A stretch of DNA of 64,000 bases from contig CAJINV010000023.1 in the NCBI GenBank assembly GCA_905178155.1, positions 274,722 through 338,721 of the forward strand, written 5' to 3'. This DNA is from Amoebophrya sp. A120 (Eukaryota > Protista > Dinoflagellata). The notes beneath the pieces were generated by a model. That model was not told the origin of the DNA. It ran no database searches and worked only from the letters and a program-made list of their open reading frames with translations. Each line of letters opens with the position of its first letter. Within the stretch, counting starts at the first letter, position 1. A program made the translations under genes and the position numbers. Shown piece by piece: positions 1 to 12,488 of the stretch.

Positions 1-3000
1 AAACCAAGAGCCACTCCTTCCCGCACAGAGCGGCGACATACTCATCTCCTGCCCGCACAGACTCTGTAGGGCGAATGTGGTGAGCCCTCAGCCCAGAGCG
101 CGACCAAGATTGCCTGCTCTGTGGCCCGAGCCAGCCGGAATGAGCACCTCGCCGTGTTGGTCCGCGATTCTGTTGTGGGCGAACCCCTGCAGCTGTCGAA
201 GGCGAAGGCGGTTGCAGCTCCCCGTGTTTTGTTCCCTTTTGTCAGTGCCAGCACTATTGCCGCCGCGTTGACTTGGGTCCGCCGCGCGCCGGCGTGTACG
301 AGCGGTGGATATTCGAACACATCGCAGCCCACGTGCGACGCAGGCATACCTACTTCAGCGCACTTAAGTTCGTATGGCTGACTGAGTCAAGCGCGCGCAC
401 GGACTAAGGCGAAAATGTTCGAGCGAACGACGCCCCGCGCAGGTGCCCTGCGTCGCTCCGGATTTAACAAGCTTCTGCGATGTTGCCTCCACCCTTTGCC
501 GCGAGAACAAAAGGCCGGCCAGTGTGCCCCACCCGAGTAGCCGCCCTCAGGAGAAAATGTAGCGGCGGGCATGCGACACCGCCGGCGCGCTCGTTTTCGC
601 AAGATTGTGGCGTGCGGTGGTCGCGCTTGGGCTTGCGAGTGGCAAAAGCGCGGCCCACTGCAGCGGCGCTGCGCACCAGCATCGTTGCTGCGGGCCGGGG
701 CGCGCTCTGATGTGCTGCGCCCCCCTCGGCTTCGCGCCCGCTCCCACCTTGGCCGGTAGGTTGTGTTTTTTGTGTATATGCAAGGCCGCCCCGCCCCCTG
801 GGGCACGCTCGTGCCGAGACCCCGGCACATGAGTCAAAGTATCAAGAATGAGCAGGGGGCCCTTTTCCTTGCTCATAGTTGACTTCCCGCGCCAAGCTGT
901 AGCACGCGAGGATCCATAGGCCTTGCGGCCTTTCTCCGGTGCCATCGGTACAAAGCAGTCATCCGCAGCTATCGACTTCTATGAATGTGCAGAGAGCCCT
1001 GCAAACCTCAGAAAAGCATGAGTCGGCCCCGCATACAGCTGCGCACGTTGCAGAGAAGTACAGTGCAGCTGGGTGCTTTTTTTATATGTGTGCAGGCTGG
1101 AGAAAGCAACATCCACAAGAGCGCCGCTGCTGGGGTTGCGGGCTGTTTGCCTTGTATTTTTAGTAGACATGGTAGCGGCTCAGCGTGTTGGCCTCATGTC
1201 CGCCGCCTAGTGAAGAATGCCTTGTGGTCTGTCAAAGTCTACGCGGGCGCTTCCTATTGCGTGGCTTTTTGACGATTTCCCACGCGAGAGAATCGCTGTA
1301 AATAGCCGCAGGCTCATACTGTATGTAATGCCCTCATATCATAGCTGTGGGTGGTGCTAGGAGGTTTCGTTTAGCGCGCCCATTGTGTATCAAGTTGGAA
1401 CTCCTGGGAAGTCAAACTGTCATGCAAAAATGGAGAAGGTCTGGGTCAAGTAGAAGAACCTCGGCCTGCGGCTGCTCGTTGGAGCCCTTTTGTATATGCT
1501 TGGCTTCAGTCGCAAAAAACCACACAGCAGATGCTCGCGCAATGTTTGAGAAGATCTTCAGCGCAAAGCACTATTCCTCATCCATTGTGGCACCCTTTTC
1601 CTCGTGAGTGTGATGTATGAACAATGTAGGGTTTCTATTCGAGGACAGCACTATGAAAAGTAGGGACGAAGAGGACAGACCTCCTGCGGCCTCCTCTAGT
1701 TGTCCGGCGCTCTCGTCGGAATGGATGGCAGCTGGACATAAGTGCACCCCTCCTGTTGGACATTGGCCGACGCTGCTGCGGCCGTTTCCGCTGCATAGCT
1801 GCATCCTCGACGAACTTTTCTCGTCGCTACGCAACTCCCACTCCACCCGCCAAGGAAGCGTCGCGCATTACAGTAAACGAAAACACGAGACGGCGAAGGC
1901 CGTTGCCCTCGTGTATCTTTTTCGCCCTGTAGCTGTAACCAAGACGCAGAATAGGGACGCTCCAGCCTTTCGCGTGCGCTTTTTTCTTACAGCGGGCGCC
2001 GCGTGGGGACTGAAATGGAAGTCCTGACGGTGTACCAACTTCAAAAGCACGATCGTAGGCCAGCGCCCCTGGGCGATCAGCGTGGGCTATTGCACCGGGG
2101 CCAGTTGGGGTGGCTAGCGCCTTGAGCCGCGGGTTGGCTTTTTTCAGCCAGGTGAAGGCAAGCTGCCGGCCGAAGCCCAAAAGCGGCTCGCGGCCTGCGC
2201 GGAGGCCTTTGTTTGACCCAGTGTAGTGGCGCTTGATGGTAGCTTTTCAAAGATGAGCATACAAGCAGATAAAAGCTGCGTGGCGCGCTAGACTGTCGCA
2301 CGGCCCCTTTTTCCAAAAAAAAAAGGCCGAAAGGAAAATCTGAGCCACGCTACGCCGCCCAGGCAATGCCAGCGAGTTCTGCGAGGAGCCAGCTTCTTGC
2401 TCCATAGGTTTGAAGAATAACGTCGCGGACCACCGGCCCGACTCGCGTTCGCCGTTTCTTAGTTCCGTGAATGGCCCTGTTTTGGGCAGTCTGTGCTGGC
2501 AAGAGGGTTCCTGGACCCCCGGAGCGCACTATTGTAAATCCTGAAACTTTTTTGAAAATTGGCAAAGAAATTTCGTCGGTATGCTTATATTAGGCTATGT
2601 CCATTTCGCGTCTGCGCTTCCGGCTTGCGTTGGTTTTGGGTTTTGAAACTTGAAAACGCGCAAAAGCCCGGAGGATTTTCGAAAAATTTTCGAAAGCACG
2701 CTGGGGCGCCGGTTTGGGGCAATTTGTAAAATTTTTTCTGGGTGATTTGCGCAAAGCCCTCTTCTGGTTTTTTCGGAATACCTTGCAACAAGAAGAACCG
2801 CCCAGACTCTTACCACAAAAAAATTTTCAAAAATATTTGCGCTCCGGCATCAATCCAGATCCTGGGCTCCAAGGGTTCATCGTTTTTCCGCATCACCCCA
2901 GAAAAAACGCGCTGGCCCTTTCGTTCGGGTGGCCGGAGTTGTGTTGCATAATTTCCGTAGCGGTGGGCGGTTGGGCGGAATCCTGATCGCGCAGGGCGCT

Positions 3001-6000
3001 GGAGTAGTAAGTGCTTTAAATTGCAGGCACTCGAAGACGCAAAGAAACTCGTCGGTCAGGGCAGCTCTCTTCCATGAACTTCGGGCCCCATCAGCAAGCT
3101 GGTGGGTGAGGGTGCGCCGTCGCGTGGTGCCTTTAGTGTTAGTATATATAAATGTTATAGCTACGACGGAACGGCCACTACCCGCAAGAGGGTTCGCCTG
3201 TGGCAGTCGATCTCGATTGACATACAATCTCAATAGGTCATCTCGTTCGTGTGGACATGGATCCAGATGCCGATGCAATTGCAAACGCGGGGTGCATAAA
3301 CAACAGCACCAACAAGACGACGCGTCCATAACTGTTGCGCGCGGCGCCGGTTGCAGACCTGCTGCCCTACACGCTGACGCATGGTCTTGACCTACACCTA
3401 CGCCAGCGACTGCATGCTTGCCGTTTCGTTGCGCTTGTTCCTTTCGGTATTCCGTGTGGTGACCGGAAAGGAAATCGCACGGCAAACTCAGCGAGCACCG
3501 GCCGTTGCGGTGTCAACATGGTTCCGCTGTGTGGTGGACAGCATTGACAAGGCGCAGCCCGTCGCAACGGCGGCAAACGGCACGACGAGTGAATTTCTAT
3601 GCGTTCGAACTGCCTGCCCCAGCCGCCCCTGGCTGACGAGCTGCCTCCCGGGCTTCCCGTCAGATATTCGGCTGGGGCGCGATTGTCTTGAAAATGGCGC
3701 CAAGCATGGCCAGGCTGGGGCGCCCCACTGTTGTGCACATCCAGTAGCAACTACCGCTGCAGCTGTCGCCCCCCCCCCCTGTTGTGCACACCAGTAGCAC
3801 CCCTGCAGGCTGCGGCGGCGGCCCGTATGGGCCTGCGAGGGTCTGCGGAGGTCATGGAAGCAAAGGCAAGGGGGGCAGAGTCTTAGTGCCCCCGTCTCGA
3901 ATGCGCCCAGGGAGGTCTGCCGACACGCGGAGGCAAGCGGCGCGCCGTAGTGGGCAGCGCGCTCCACCCGTGTGAATACCGAGTAGGGGGAGAGCTCCTC
4001 ACGGGGCCCGCGCGCTTAGCGAGTAGCCTCCGCGACCTCTCAGTTTTGCCAGCACGCAAGGGCCCCCGGAACGCAGGTTAACTGGGCCGCGCAGGTCAGC
4101 AGGTGCTACGCCTGCCCCTTCCCTGATGGCTGGGCGTGCACCAGCGCGGCCGCCGGTGTGTTTGCCAGTTTTTGCCAGGCCCTGTCCTCCCGGTTGTCTG
4201 TGTGGCGTTCTGTGTCGACCGCGTGTTGGAAGCGCATGCTAGTGCGCGCCCCCACTTGGATGCATTTCGCCCGCCGATGGTCGCGCGGTCCTGTGGGTGA
4301 GGCCGGGAATTCGCAAAAGGGCGGGCGCAATGCGTGGCGCGCCGAATTCTCCGCGCCCCTGCTGGCCTGCGTGCCTTGGGCCATGTGTCCTGGCGCTGTC
4401 TTTTCCCCTCCCAGTCCGTGTGGCCGGGCTGCTGCTCCGGCGCGCAGTGACTGCCATTAAGTTGGGCCGGCTGCGGTGGAGGGCATCGCCCGAAAGGATG
4501 CGAACATCGCCCCCCCCCGCAAGAGCCAGCATCGGTCTCCGTAGGAATCACCGCGGAGGGGCCGCCAGCAAAAAGACTTCGGGCAGGCCAGAAACGCCAG
4601 CGCATAAGCCACGCGCCCTCGCGGGGGCTCCAGGATTTATTTGCGCTCCTTTCGGCCCCCGCGCCGGCGCGACAGGTGCAAGCAAACTACAGAAAACACC
4701 CGGGGCGGCGCACCCACAAGCGGGAGCGGTCGGACGGGCCGGCCCAGAGCGCCGCTGCGAAAGAAAACGCGCCACAGCATGGCCGCGGCACGCCTGAAGG
4801 CACTGTGTGCGGCAGCTTGCTGCTAGCATGTTGCGCGCCGTCTCTTGTTTTTCCTTTTTATTTCCCATTGCGCGCCCCAGTCGGGCCTATAGCGGTTTGC
4901 TCGCTCCTTAGAGGAACCGTTGGAGACAATGGAGGCGAAGCCTGCGCGCGGGATATGTATGGAGAACGCGTCTACCGGCACCGCTGAGATTCGGTCGGCC
5001 GGGCCGCAAGCTGGCTCGCTGTTTGTTTCTCCAGAATGCCTGTAGCCGTGCCGCGATCGGTCTCGGTGGCGCGAGCGAAATAACCGCTGGCCGTCGGCAT
5101 GGGTGCGAAGGCCAGCGGCTGCCCACAGTGTAGGCGCAAACTATTTTCGTGAAGCGCCGCGCCGTTGTCGTCATTCATATACGCCCATTGCGGCACTGGG
5201 CAGATCGATAACGCCGCCCCATTTCCCTGTCGTCGCGCCATGGTGTTTGCGTGTCGCTTTCTTGCAGGTGGTTCAGAGGATGGCCGGCGCATTTTCGTTT
5301 GCCCGGTTCGTATCTCATGTTTTTTTTAATTGTGTCAGCAGGAGTTTGTGTCTCTCCCTCTTTGTCTTTCTGTGAGCAGAGTGCAAAGCCTCGCTTTTTC
5401 CGTGCCTACAAGCAGACTCAGGCTCATTCCGTGAACAAAAAATGATGGGGGAAGTAGGCTCCGGGCAGTCTACATATTGGTCCGTCGCCATTTATCAATT
5501 TGCAGAGCACGCGCCCCCGCCCCGTGCGTGGTATGGGTAGCCACATAACGCCCAGCGTAGCGCTATGCTAGCTTTGGATTGCGCGCGCGCGCCATCATGT
5601 AGCGCCGCGTGTCTACGTAGTTAGTATGCTATGCCACAAGCGTTATATTATCTACACCCTGGTGGCTGCCACGAGCGCTCTATCCATCCCTGCGGCGAAA
5701 AACGGCAGGAAGCGTTTGGGCGGCCAGAAATAGTAGCGCCGCACACAAAAAACAAATCCCGTCCCCTGTCTATCAGCGGGTCGGGCCTTGCCTTCGAAGA
5801 GGCAGGCTCGGGCCGGCGGTAGTTTTGTTGCCTAGCCGCGGCGCACCGTGGCAGAAATTGAAGAAAGCCGCCCGCGTTTTGTGTGCGCACTCCTTGCGAC
5901 GTTCCGGGAGAATAGGCCCACAGCCTCTGGCGATTCCGCTCGAGGCGTTGCAGGCCTGCGAACCACACCGGGCCGCCCCGGAGGCGGTGGTCTTCTTTGT

Positions 6001-7578
6001 GCTTGAACTTGTTGTACTAGTTCCGACATTATTTCATCAAGAATGAGAAAAAAGGTCGCCCTGGTTGTGGGTAGCCGGGCCGCAAGGGCGTTGCGAGGTT
6101 CCGGAGCGGCCGGTCCAGTTTGTGGAACTCCCACGCGCAGGCCCGAAGGCCTGCGAAGAAAGAGAACACGTCGCCCCTGACCTCCGCTGGTGTTTTTTTC
6201 GCCGCTGCGGACATTATAAACTAACAAAAGGAAAGGCCGCGCACTTCGTGTGCGAGCGTTCGTTCGTAGCTTCCTTTCGAAGCCCCGCAGGGCCCAGCGC
6301 AGCTTTTGGCGATTCCGCACGAAGCCCGTGCTGGGGCGTGTGACGCTCGCCGAAGTCCCGTTTTCTTGTCGCCTCTTCGGTGGGGCCGGCTTTTTTCTTG
6401 TCGCACACCTCCGCGCGCAGCTTCTGTGGCTTCTGGAACCTACGCGGCCCCTGTTTCTGGCTTTCCAGCGGAGTTCCCCCAGGCTCCGTGGGGCTCGGCC
6501 TAGGTTATTGCGCCCCCCCCCCCGCGCGATGCCCCTCAGACACCAAATGTGGAAAACGCACACAGAAAACCTCCGGCGACTTGTTCGAAGCTGCAAAAAC
6601 TAGAAAACGCGAGCCGCTTGGTTTGGGCCCGACCGACTCCGGAATCCTTTTGAGGGTCCCGGGGGGCTGACCCAGCTTCTTGCGGTTCCGCGCGAAGCCG
6701 CAAGGACGCTGCAGTTCTGGCCCGCGCTCTTTCGTGGTCGATCCAGATCCCGCCCCCGCGCAGGCTTTTCTTTTTTCTCGCCTCTGAGTGGCTTCTATTG
6801 GTTGCCACTCTGCTTTGTCGCCGGGCGCCAGGGCTGAGGCTGCTGGTGCTGATCAGTACAACGAACTGGGAGCGGGAGCGAGCCCGATGTGGCCTGTCGC
6901 GGTTGCAGCGTTGCTTGGGCCTTCGCGCCGGGCTGGTTTGTAGGTGGCCTTCAGTGCCTGGCCTTGGTGGTTGCCCGCGCTTGGAAGCAGGCCGACTTTC
7001 CTGCAAAGCCTGACACGGCCCATGCCCGGCGTGTTTGTTTCTTGTTTTCTATATCTCTTTTCTTTTTGCGGGGGATGCGGCTGTGTGTTTCTTTGATGAG
7101 TTCCAGGCTCTCTTCTTTGCAAAGATAGAAATGGGCGACGCTGCGCGGCGTGGCGCCTCGGCCCCGTCAGCCCTTTCCATCACGAAAACAACGGGCGCGC
7201 GCATTTTTGCGGGCCCTTGCCTGCAATGGGATGCAGTATGTATCAGCGCAGCAAAATTACTTAAGCACTTACCCAAAAGACAAAGCTGCTTCGGGCCGCC
7301 TCTTTGAAGACTGGTGGCCAGGCGTTTTTGATGGTGTTGATAGCTGATCTGGTCGTGGCGAAGGAGCGAACATGCCACGAAAAGCGCTGCGCGGGGCGGG
7401 GCCTTTTTTCACTTGGAAAAAACGTGCCTGACCACAGCCATTTGGTGCACTTGGGCAGTCTGCAAGACGTTGCGCGAGTCGGTGTCCCAGATTTGTCGCT
7501 GCGCGGAAACGGCAGGGGTAGCGGCCCGCTCCGAGCTTCGCATCCTGGGCCGAGAGGTGAGCGGCATCGGCCGCAAGA

Positions 7579-8809
7579 TATGGAGTCGCCCTGTGCTACC
7601 GACGCCGGAAAAATGGGCGCGCTACCGGGTTAGTCAAGGTGCCCCATTTTCGTATCTTTATGGCCATCGCACAAAAAAAACCATGGCCGTCGCAAAAACA
7701 ACAAAGGTCGGCAAATTTTCCACCAAGAAACTTCATGCGCTAACTAAGTAGCTACAGCTACTTCGCCGAAGTTTACAAAGTTCGCACTAGCTGCATGACC
7801 ATCATCGTCGAAGTAAAGGCAGCTAGCAATCGAAGTGCTACCACTTCTAGCTAGCTACAGCATCAGCATCGTCTTCGCATGATCATCTACTTCGTCGGCG
7901 CGTAGTCCCCTGCGGACCTGGGGCCAGGCGCGTAGCTCCCGGCGGATTAGGCCCCGGCTGAAAGTTGTCTCTCCGGCTGAGAGGGAGGTTGTTTTTTGTT
8001 TTGTTTTTTAAATTGTGGAGATGGGTGCCGAAGATACGCAAGAAAAAAAAGCGTCCCTCCCAGCCGGAAAAACAGCCTGCAGCCGGAGCCTAATCCGCAG
8101 GGGACTACAACGCGCCTGGGATTAGGCTCCCCCAGGCTGCCTCTACTTCCCCCAGGCTGCCTCTACTTCGCCCGCCTGCGGGGGGGGCTGCCGCTAGACG
8201 GCCTGGGCTGCCTGTAGCCTTCCTGGGCAGGCTGCCCCTAGCATGGTTCGGCTAGTACCTCTAGCCTGCCGGGGCTGCCGAGCGAAGCCTGGCTTGCTGG
8301 GCTGCCCAGCAAAGAAAGCGAAAGCCTGGCCTGCTGGGCTGCCAGCCTTACCCAGCAGAGCCCCGCTCAATGGGCTGCCAGCCTAGGCTAGTTGCTAGGG
8401 CTGCTGGCCTAGCGAGGCATAGCCTAGCTTTGCTAGGGCTGGCAGCCTAGCAAAGCCTGGGCTGCCGGCTGGCAGCCATCTCAGCTAGAGAGTCTCCATC
8501 TGAGATGCAGAGTCTCTATCTCAGATGGAGAGTCTTGTCTCTATTTCGGCTTCGCCACTGGTGGCGAAGCTGCTGAAATATAAAAAAAGCGCGCAGGTGG
8601 AAAACAGTAAGAAACAGAAAAACAAACAAAGACGCTCTATCTCTCATGGAGAATTTCTATTATCATCCGAGAGTCTCTATTTGGAATAGAGATTCTCGAA
8701 GATTTTCTATTTCGAGCGCCTCGCGAATTAAGGTAGGAAAATGAGGCACCTCGGCTAACCCAGTAGTGCGCCCATTTTTCCGGCATCGGTAGCGCAGGGG
8801 GATTCCATA
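7579..8809. mobile_element. 1231-bp non-autonomous TIR element (TAT...ATA, 5-bp TSD), long relative of the introners
   Basis: About 80-bp imperfect TIR (tatggagtcgccctgtgctaccgacgccggaaaaatgggcgc... vs ...gcgcccatttttccggcatcggtagcgcagggggattccata). Flanks caaga/caagc. The interior has nested inverted repeats (~7925-7960 vs ~8080-8118; hairpin ~8495-8530) and no convincing ORF. Confidence 0.8.
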
Positions 8810-8980
8810 CAAGCCCGCAGAGTCCTCGCCAGGCACAAGCAGTAGCAGCGCCGCCGGAACGCCGGCCCAGCACCAGGCTACAGCCCCGCAAGGAACCCCG
8901 CCCGGAGAGCCGCCGCAAAACGGACCAGCCCCGCGCCTACGAGTTCCGCAAAACTACGACCATGGTCGGAACTTTGGTCG

Positions 8981-9433
8981 TATCGCGCTGAAAAAAATGA
9001 TCACGCTCATACTTTCGCCGTTTTTGGCCCGAATAGGAGCACCCTTATGCATGATCACTTTTTCCCTGGCGTGGGCCACATGCGGCCCATGCCGTCGCAT
9101 TTGAAAAAAGTGATCCCGGCGCCCTAATTAAAAGCGGGGCGCTCATATTTTTTTCAACTCTTCTTCTACAAAAAAACGCGACAAAAAGTCGCATGGTCAC
9201 TTTTTTTAGCGTGGCGCCATTCTTCCAAAACGCAGAAAAGCGCCACACTTGAAAGAACGCAAATCACGAGCGGACCAGGCTGGTTCTGAAAAAGCACCAG
9301 ACCCGCGAGAGCGTGCTGGCTAAAAAAAATGGCCATACGCTAAAAGGTGGACTGTTTTGCCTCGACTCAGATTGATTGGATTTTGGCCAAAAGTGGCGAG
9401 GATATGAGTATGGTCATTTTTTTTTGCGCGATA
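8981..9433. mobile_element. 453-bp TIR element (TAT...ATA, 5-bp TSD)
   Basis: About 50-bp imperfect TIR tatcgcgctgaaaaaaatgatcacgctcata... / ...tatgagtatggtcatt(t)ngcgcgata. Flanks ggtcg/ggtct. Confidence 0.75.
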
Positions 9434-10279
9434 GGTCTCCTCGCGGAAGGCGAAGCAAACATCGGCGAAAACACTCAGCGTGACTGGGGCCTCCGCGACT
9501 GAAGGGGGCCGCCGCGACCTCGTTTATATATTTACTCACACAATGCCGCTCTGTGGTAGTCGTGGGGCAGTTCGGTTTTTACACTTTACACGGCTCACGC
9601 AACCAAGGCGTCGTGATGATAGTAGGAAACAGCCACGACACCAGACAGCTGATCGACTGGAGCAGGTTTCTTCTTGATCGCCTAGAGCGCAGATCCAATT
9701 CTAAACCGCCGATCAAGACAAAAGCAATGAGCTTCATGCTGATAAAATGGCATGAGTGTTGTACTTAGCAGGCTTCCTAGGGGAGTGACAACATCGACAC
9801 TTGAGCAGTTTGAAAGCCAATTTGTGATCAGCTTGGGGACTGAATTGCGCTGGAGGTGACTTTCACTACTTGCGCTTTATAGATACGCACCGGGGTGGTA
9901 GTGCTCGTCTATTTCTATTCTGAGGACCAGAATATTTACACCGAATAGCGGGGACGCAAATCCACCTAAGACGCCACCACGCAGAAGGGGGCAGTCCCGC
10001 TACCTCGTGTAGCAATGGAAATCGAAGCAATTGCGTAAAGGGAAAATGTTTTTTTGCCAGCGGCGGCCCTGCACCATCTGTTGCAATTGCATTGACATTG
10101 AATATAAGCCCGCAGGCTCGCAGGCTCCCGCTCTCCCTCCCTGTATATGAAAGCACTTTTTTTTTAGGCAAAAGGCTGCAAATATGTAGGAGTTATATGA
10201 GTATGTCCAGCAGGTGTTTTACCTTGAATCATGTGAATCCAAAGTACGAACCGCCGACCAAGTGGTCCAGCAGCAAAAA

Positions 10280-10447
10280 TATCCAATGCAAAAGCATCGC
10301 ACTCGTACTAGTTGGAGTTGCAAACGTGCATCACAAATTTTTTTTCGCCTCTAAGCCTAAGGAAAAACAGCATATACAAATCCCACTTTTCTGTTTGCCA
10401 AAATTTGCAGTGCAGTCGACGCTAGTGCGATGCTTTTGCAATGCATA
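10280..10447. mobile_element. Introner-like element, family A
   Basis: TIR tatccaatgcaaaagcatcgcact / agtgcgatgcttttgcaatgcata. TSD aaaaa/aaaaa. Host gene not resolved. Confidence 0.85.
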
Positions 10448-11276
10448 AAAAATGGGTTTCGACAACATTTCTTCGACGCTTGATCCCGTGGCCCGCGAGG
10501 GTGACTGGCAAGTCCGTGACTTCGTTCTGACCCTGATCTGGATCGGCTCCCTTGTCCTCTGCACACACGACCTTTTTTCTAAACCTGTCCTGGGCAATGT
10601 TTTTCGTCGAATTCTGACTGAACTTGAGGGGCCGCTGGGAGTTGTCGATGGGTGGTCGAGCAAGCTGAAGACCTGCGCAGCTAGTTGTACATGGGACGCG
10701 AGTTTTTCCAAGTTGGCTGCGGCGACAGGGTATCGGAACAGGCTTGCGGCCCAAGTCGACGCTGCAGCAACCGGGCCGAGCGAAGGTGCGGTGCCGGAAA
10801 GTTTATGCGTTGCGAAAAAAAAGCATGTCTTGAGATGCAGCAAGCGACACAATAAAACGAAAACTAAACCACAACACCAGAGCACATAATCCTAATCGCC
10901 ACGAATTCGCTGAGTGACTCAGCGCACCACGGCTCTTTCATTCTGTTATATGATAAAGATATTCAAGCGCGCGAGTGCTCGGTCGTTCTCTTGTATGGCT
11001 ATGGGTACTTACTGAGAACAAGAAGAAGTAAGATTCGCTCTGTTGAGTGCAAGCGACAACCTAGCATCTCGTGCTAGCGACTTGCACACATCGTTGCCTA
11101 CAAGTGATGATGCGCAGTGAAGCATCAGAACAAACATCAACAAGCATATTTATCCACCTCTTACTCGAGCATCAAGTTGCAGCACTGATTCCAACGCAAA
11201 CGCATACAACGCTACGACCCCTGTTGGAAGTCCAACATGGTTACCTGGTGGTGCGGAAGCTGGGACCATAGCCTCC

Positions 11277-12488
11277 GTGTCGACTAGGCAGCCTCAGCCA
11301 CCAGCTGGGACGCCTCCGCCGCCGATCCCAGACAGACAAGTCGGGTCTGTGCTTGGTGTGGATATGCGCGGACAACATGACCAACTGCACGCAGGCGGCC
11401 TCCGGCTTCGTCGCGGCGTTCCGCACGATTCTGCACAGAATGAACACCACGACACGCAGCTCCACCAGGGAATGCAACTACCCGCGACCGGCACAAAGAA
11501 CGCGACTATGAATATCTCGGACACTGATTACTACCATCGCGAAGAGGTGCCAACCCAGCGTAGTACTCCCGCCGGCCCCGGCGGCGTTCCGCCGTACTAC
11601 TCTAACGTGCCCCTGCTTGACACTTCGCAACCACTTGGAGCACTTGGAGCAAATAATAAGCCTGCTCCAGGACTAGGACCGCTTGCAGGAACAGTTCCCT
11701 TGGGGGGCGTCACGATGGGGGGCGACCCTGGGAATCAGTCTAGGTTGCCTGCACCTGCAGACCACGAGTTCGTGCAAGAGACGCTTACACCCCGCCGAAG
11801 CGAGGAGCGTGAAGTCATTTACGGTCCGGAGCAACCACCTGCGCTCTTCGACCCCCTAGACCGGGCAAAGACCGTGGAGCGTCTGAACGTCGACGTCCCA
11901 CCAGAGAAGCATGGTGACTGGCTCTTCCAAGCTCGTCCGGATATAGATCAGCTCCTCGGACCTCGTGTGGCTACCGAGCAGGGAGCGTTCGGAAACATCT
12001 GGAAAGTCGCAGGGTACGTTGTGAAACAGAATCAAAATGATAACAGTCACATCGAGTACCAGGCACTAACGACTTTGATGCTCCAGCCGGAGGACAAAAA
12101 GGTGTCTGCGGTGATGTACCCCATCTTTCTTGACTATACACCCGGTCCTCCTCAAGTACTTGCTCACGTTTGCATGGACGGCGGCCGATCGGTGTACGAG
12201 GTGTTCTTGAACGAGAAAACGCAGCATCTGGCGGCATTTGACGACGCCGCCATCGCCGAGCTCATCGACGAAGTCTACCGCAGTTGCCGGGCGGTCTTGG
12301 AGCACCTTTGCGCACTGGAATTGGAGCACAGAGACCTGCACGCCGGCAATGTGCTCATCGAAGTCAACGAGAAGTCCGGCGCGAGGGTCAAGGTGATCGA
12401 CTTCGGGTTCTGTAAGCGTTTCCAGCCAGGCCCAGCGGACGCTAATGGAAAAGTCAAACGACCGCGGGATGGGGCTATATCCGACTGA
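11277..12488 (+). CDS. Protein kinase-like protein; Pro-rich N-terminus, C-lobe missing or in unresolved downstream exons
   Basis: G-loop QGAFGNIWKV, beta3 Lys (YVVKQ), catalytic loop HRDLHAGNVLI, KVIDFG. The ORF stops shortly after DFG. Start codon uncertain. Confidence 0.75.
   Translation: MSTRQPQPPAGTPPPPIPDRQVGSVLGVDMRGQHDQLHAGGLRLRRGVPHDSAQNEHHDTQLHQGMQLPATGTKNATMNISDTDYYHREEVPTQRSTPAGPGGVPPYYSNVPLLDTSQPLGALGANNKPAPGLGPLAGTVPLGGVTMGGDPGNQSRLPAPADHEFVQETLTPRRSEEREVIYGPEQPPALFDPLDRAKTVERLNVDVPPEKHGDWLFQARPDIDQLLGPRVATEQGAFGNIWKVAGYVVKQNQNDNSHIEYQALTTLMLQPEDKKVSAVMYPIFLDYTPGPPQVLAHVCMDGGRSVYEVFLNEKTQHLAAFDDAAIAELIDEVYRSCRAVLEHLCALELEHRDLHAGNVLIEVNEKSGARVKVIDFGFCKRFQPGPADANGKVKRPRDGAISD

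Noticed and set aside
2500-2910. Weak inverted repeats (ccggagcgca/tgcgctccgg), echoed near 20490-20610
   Set aside because: Too short and degenerate, and no TAT...ATA ends or TSD could be defined.
1-7400. Numerous 60-250 aa ORFs in the GC-rich 5' region
   Set aside because: They overlap in all frames, are Arg/Ala/Pro-rich, contain homopolymer runs and show no recognisable motifs.
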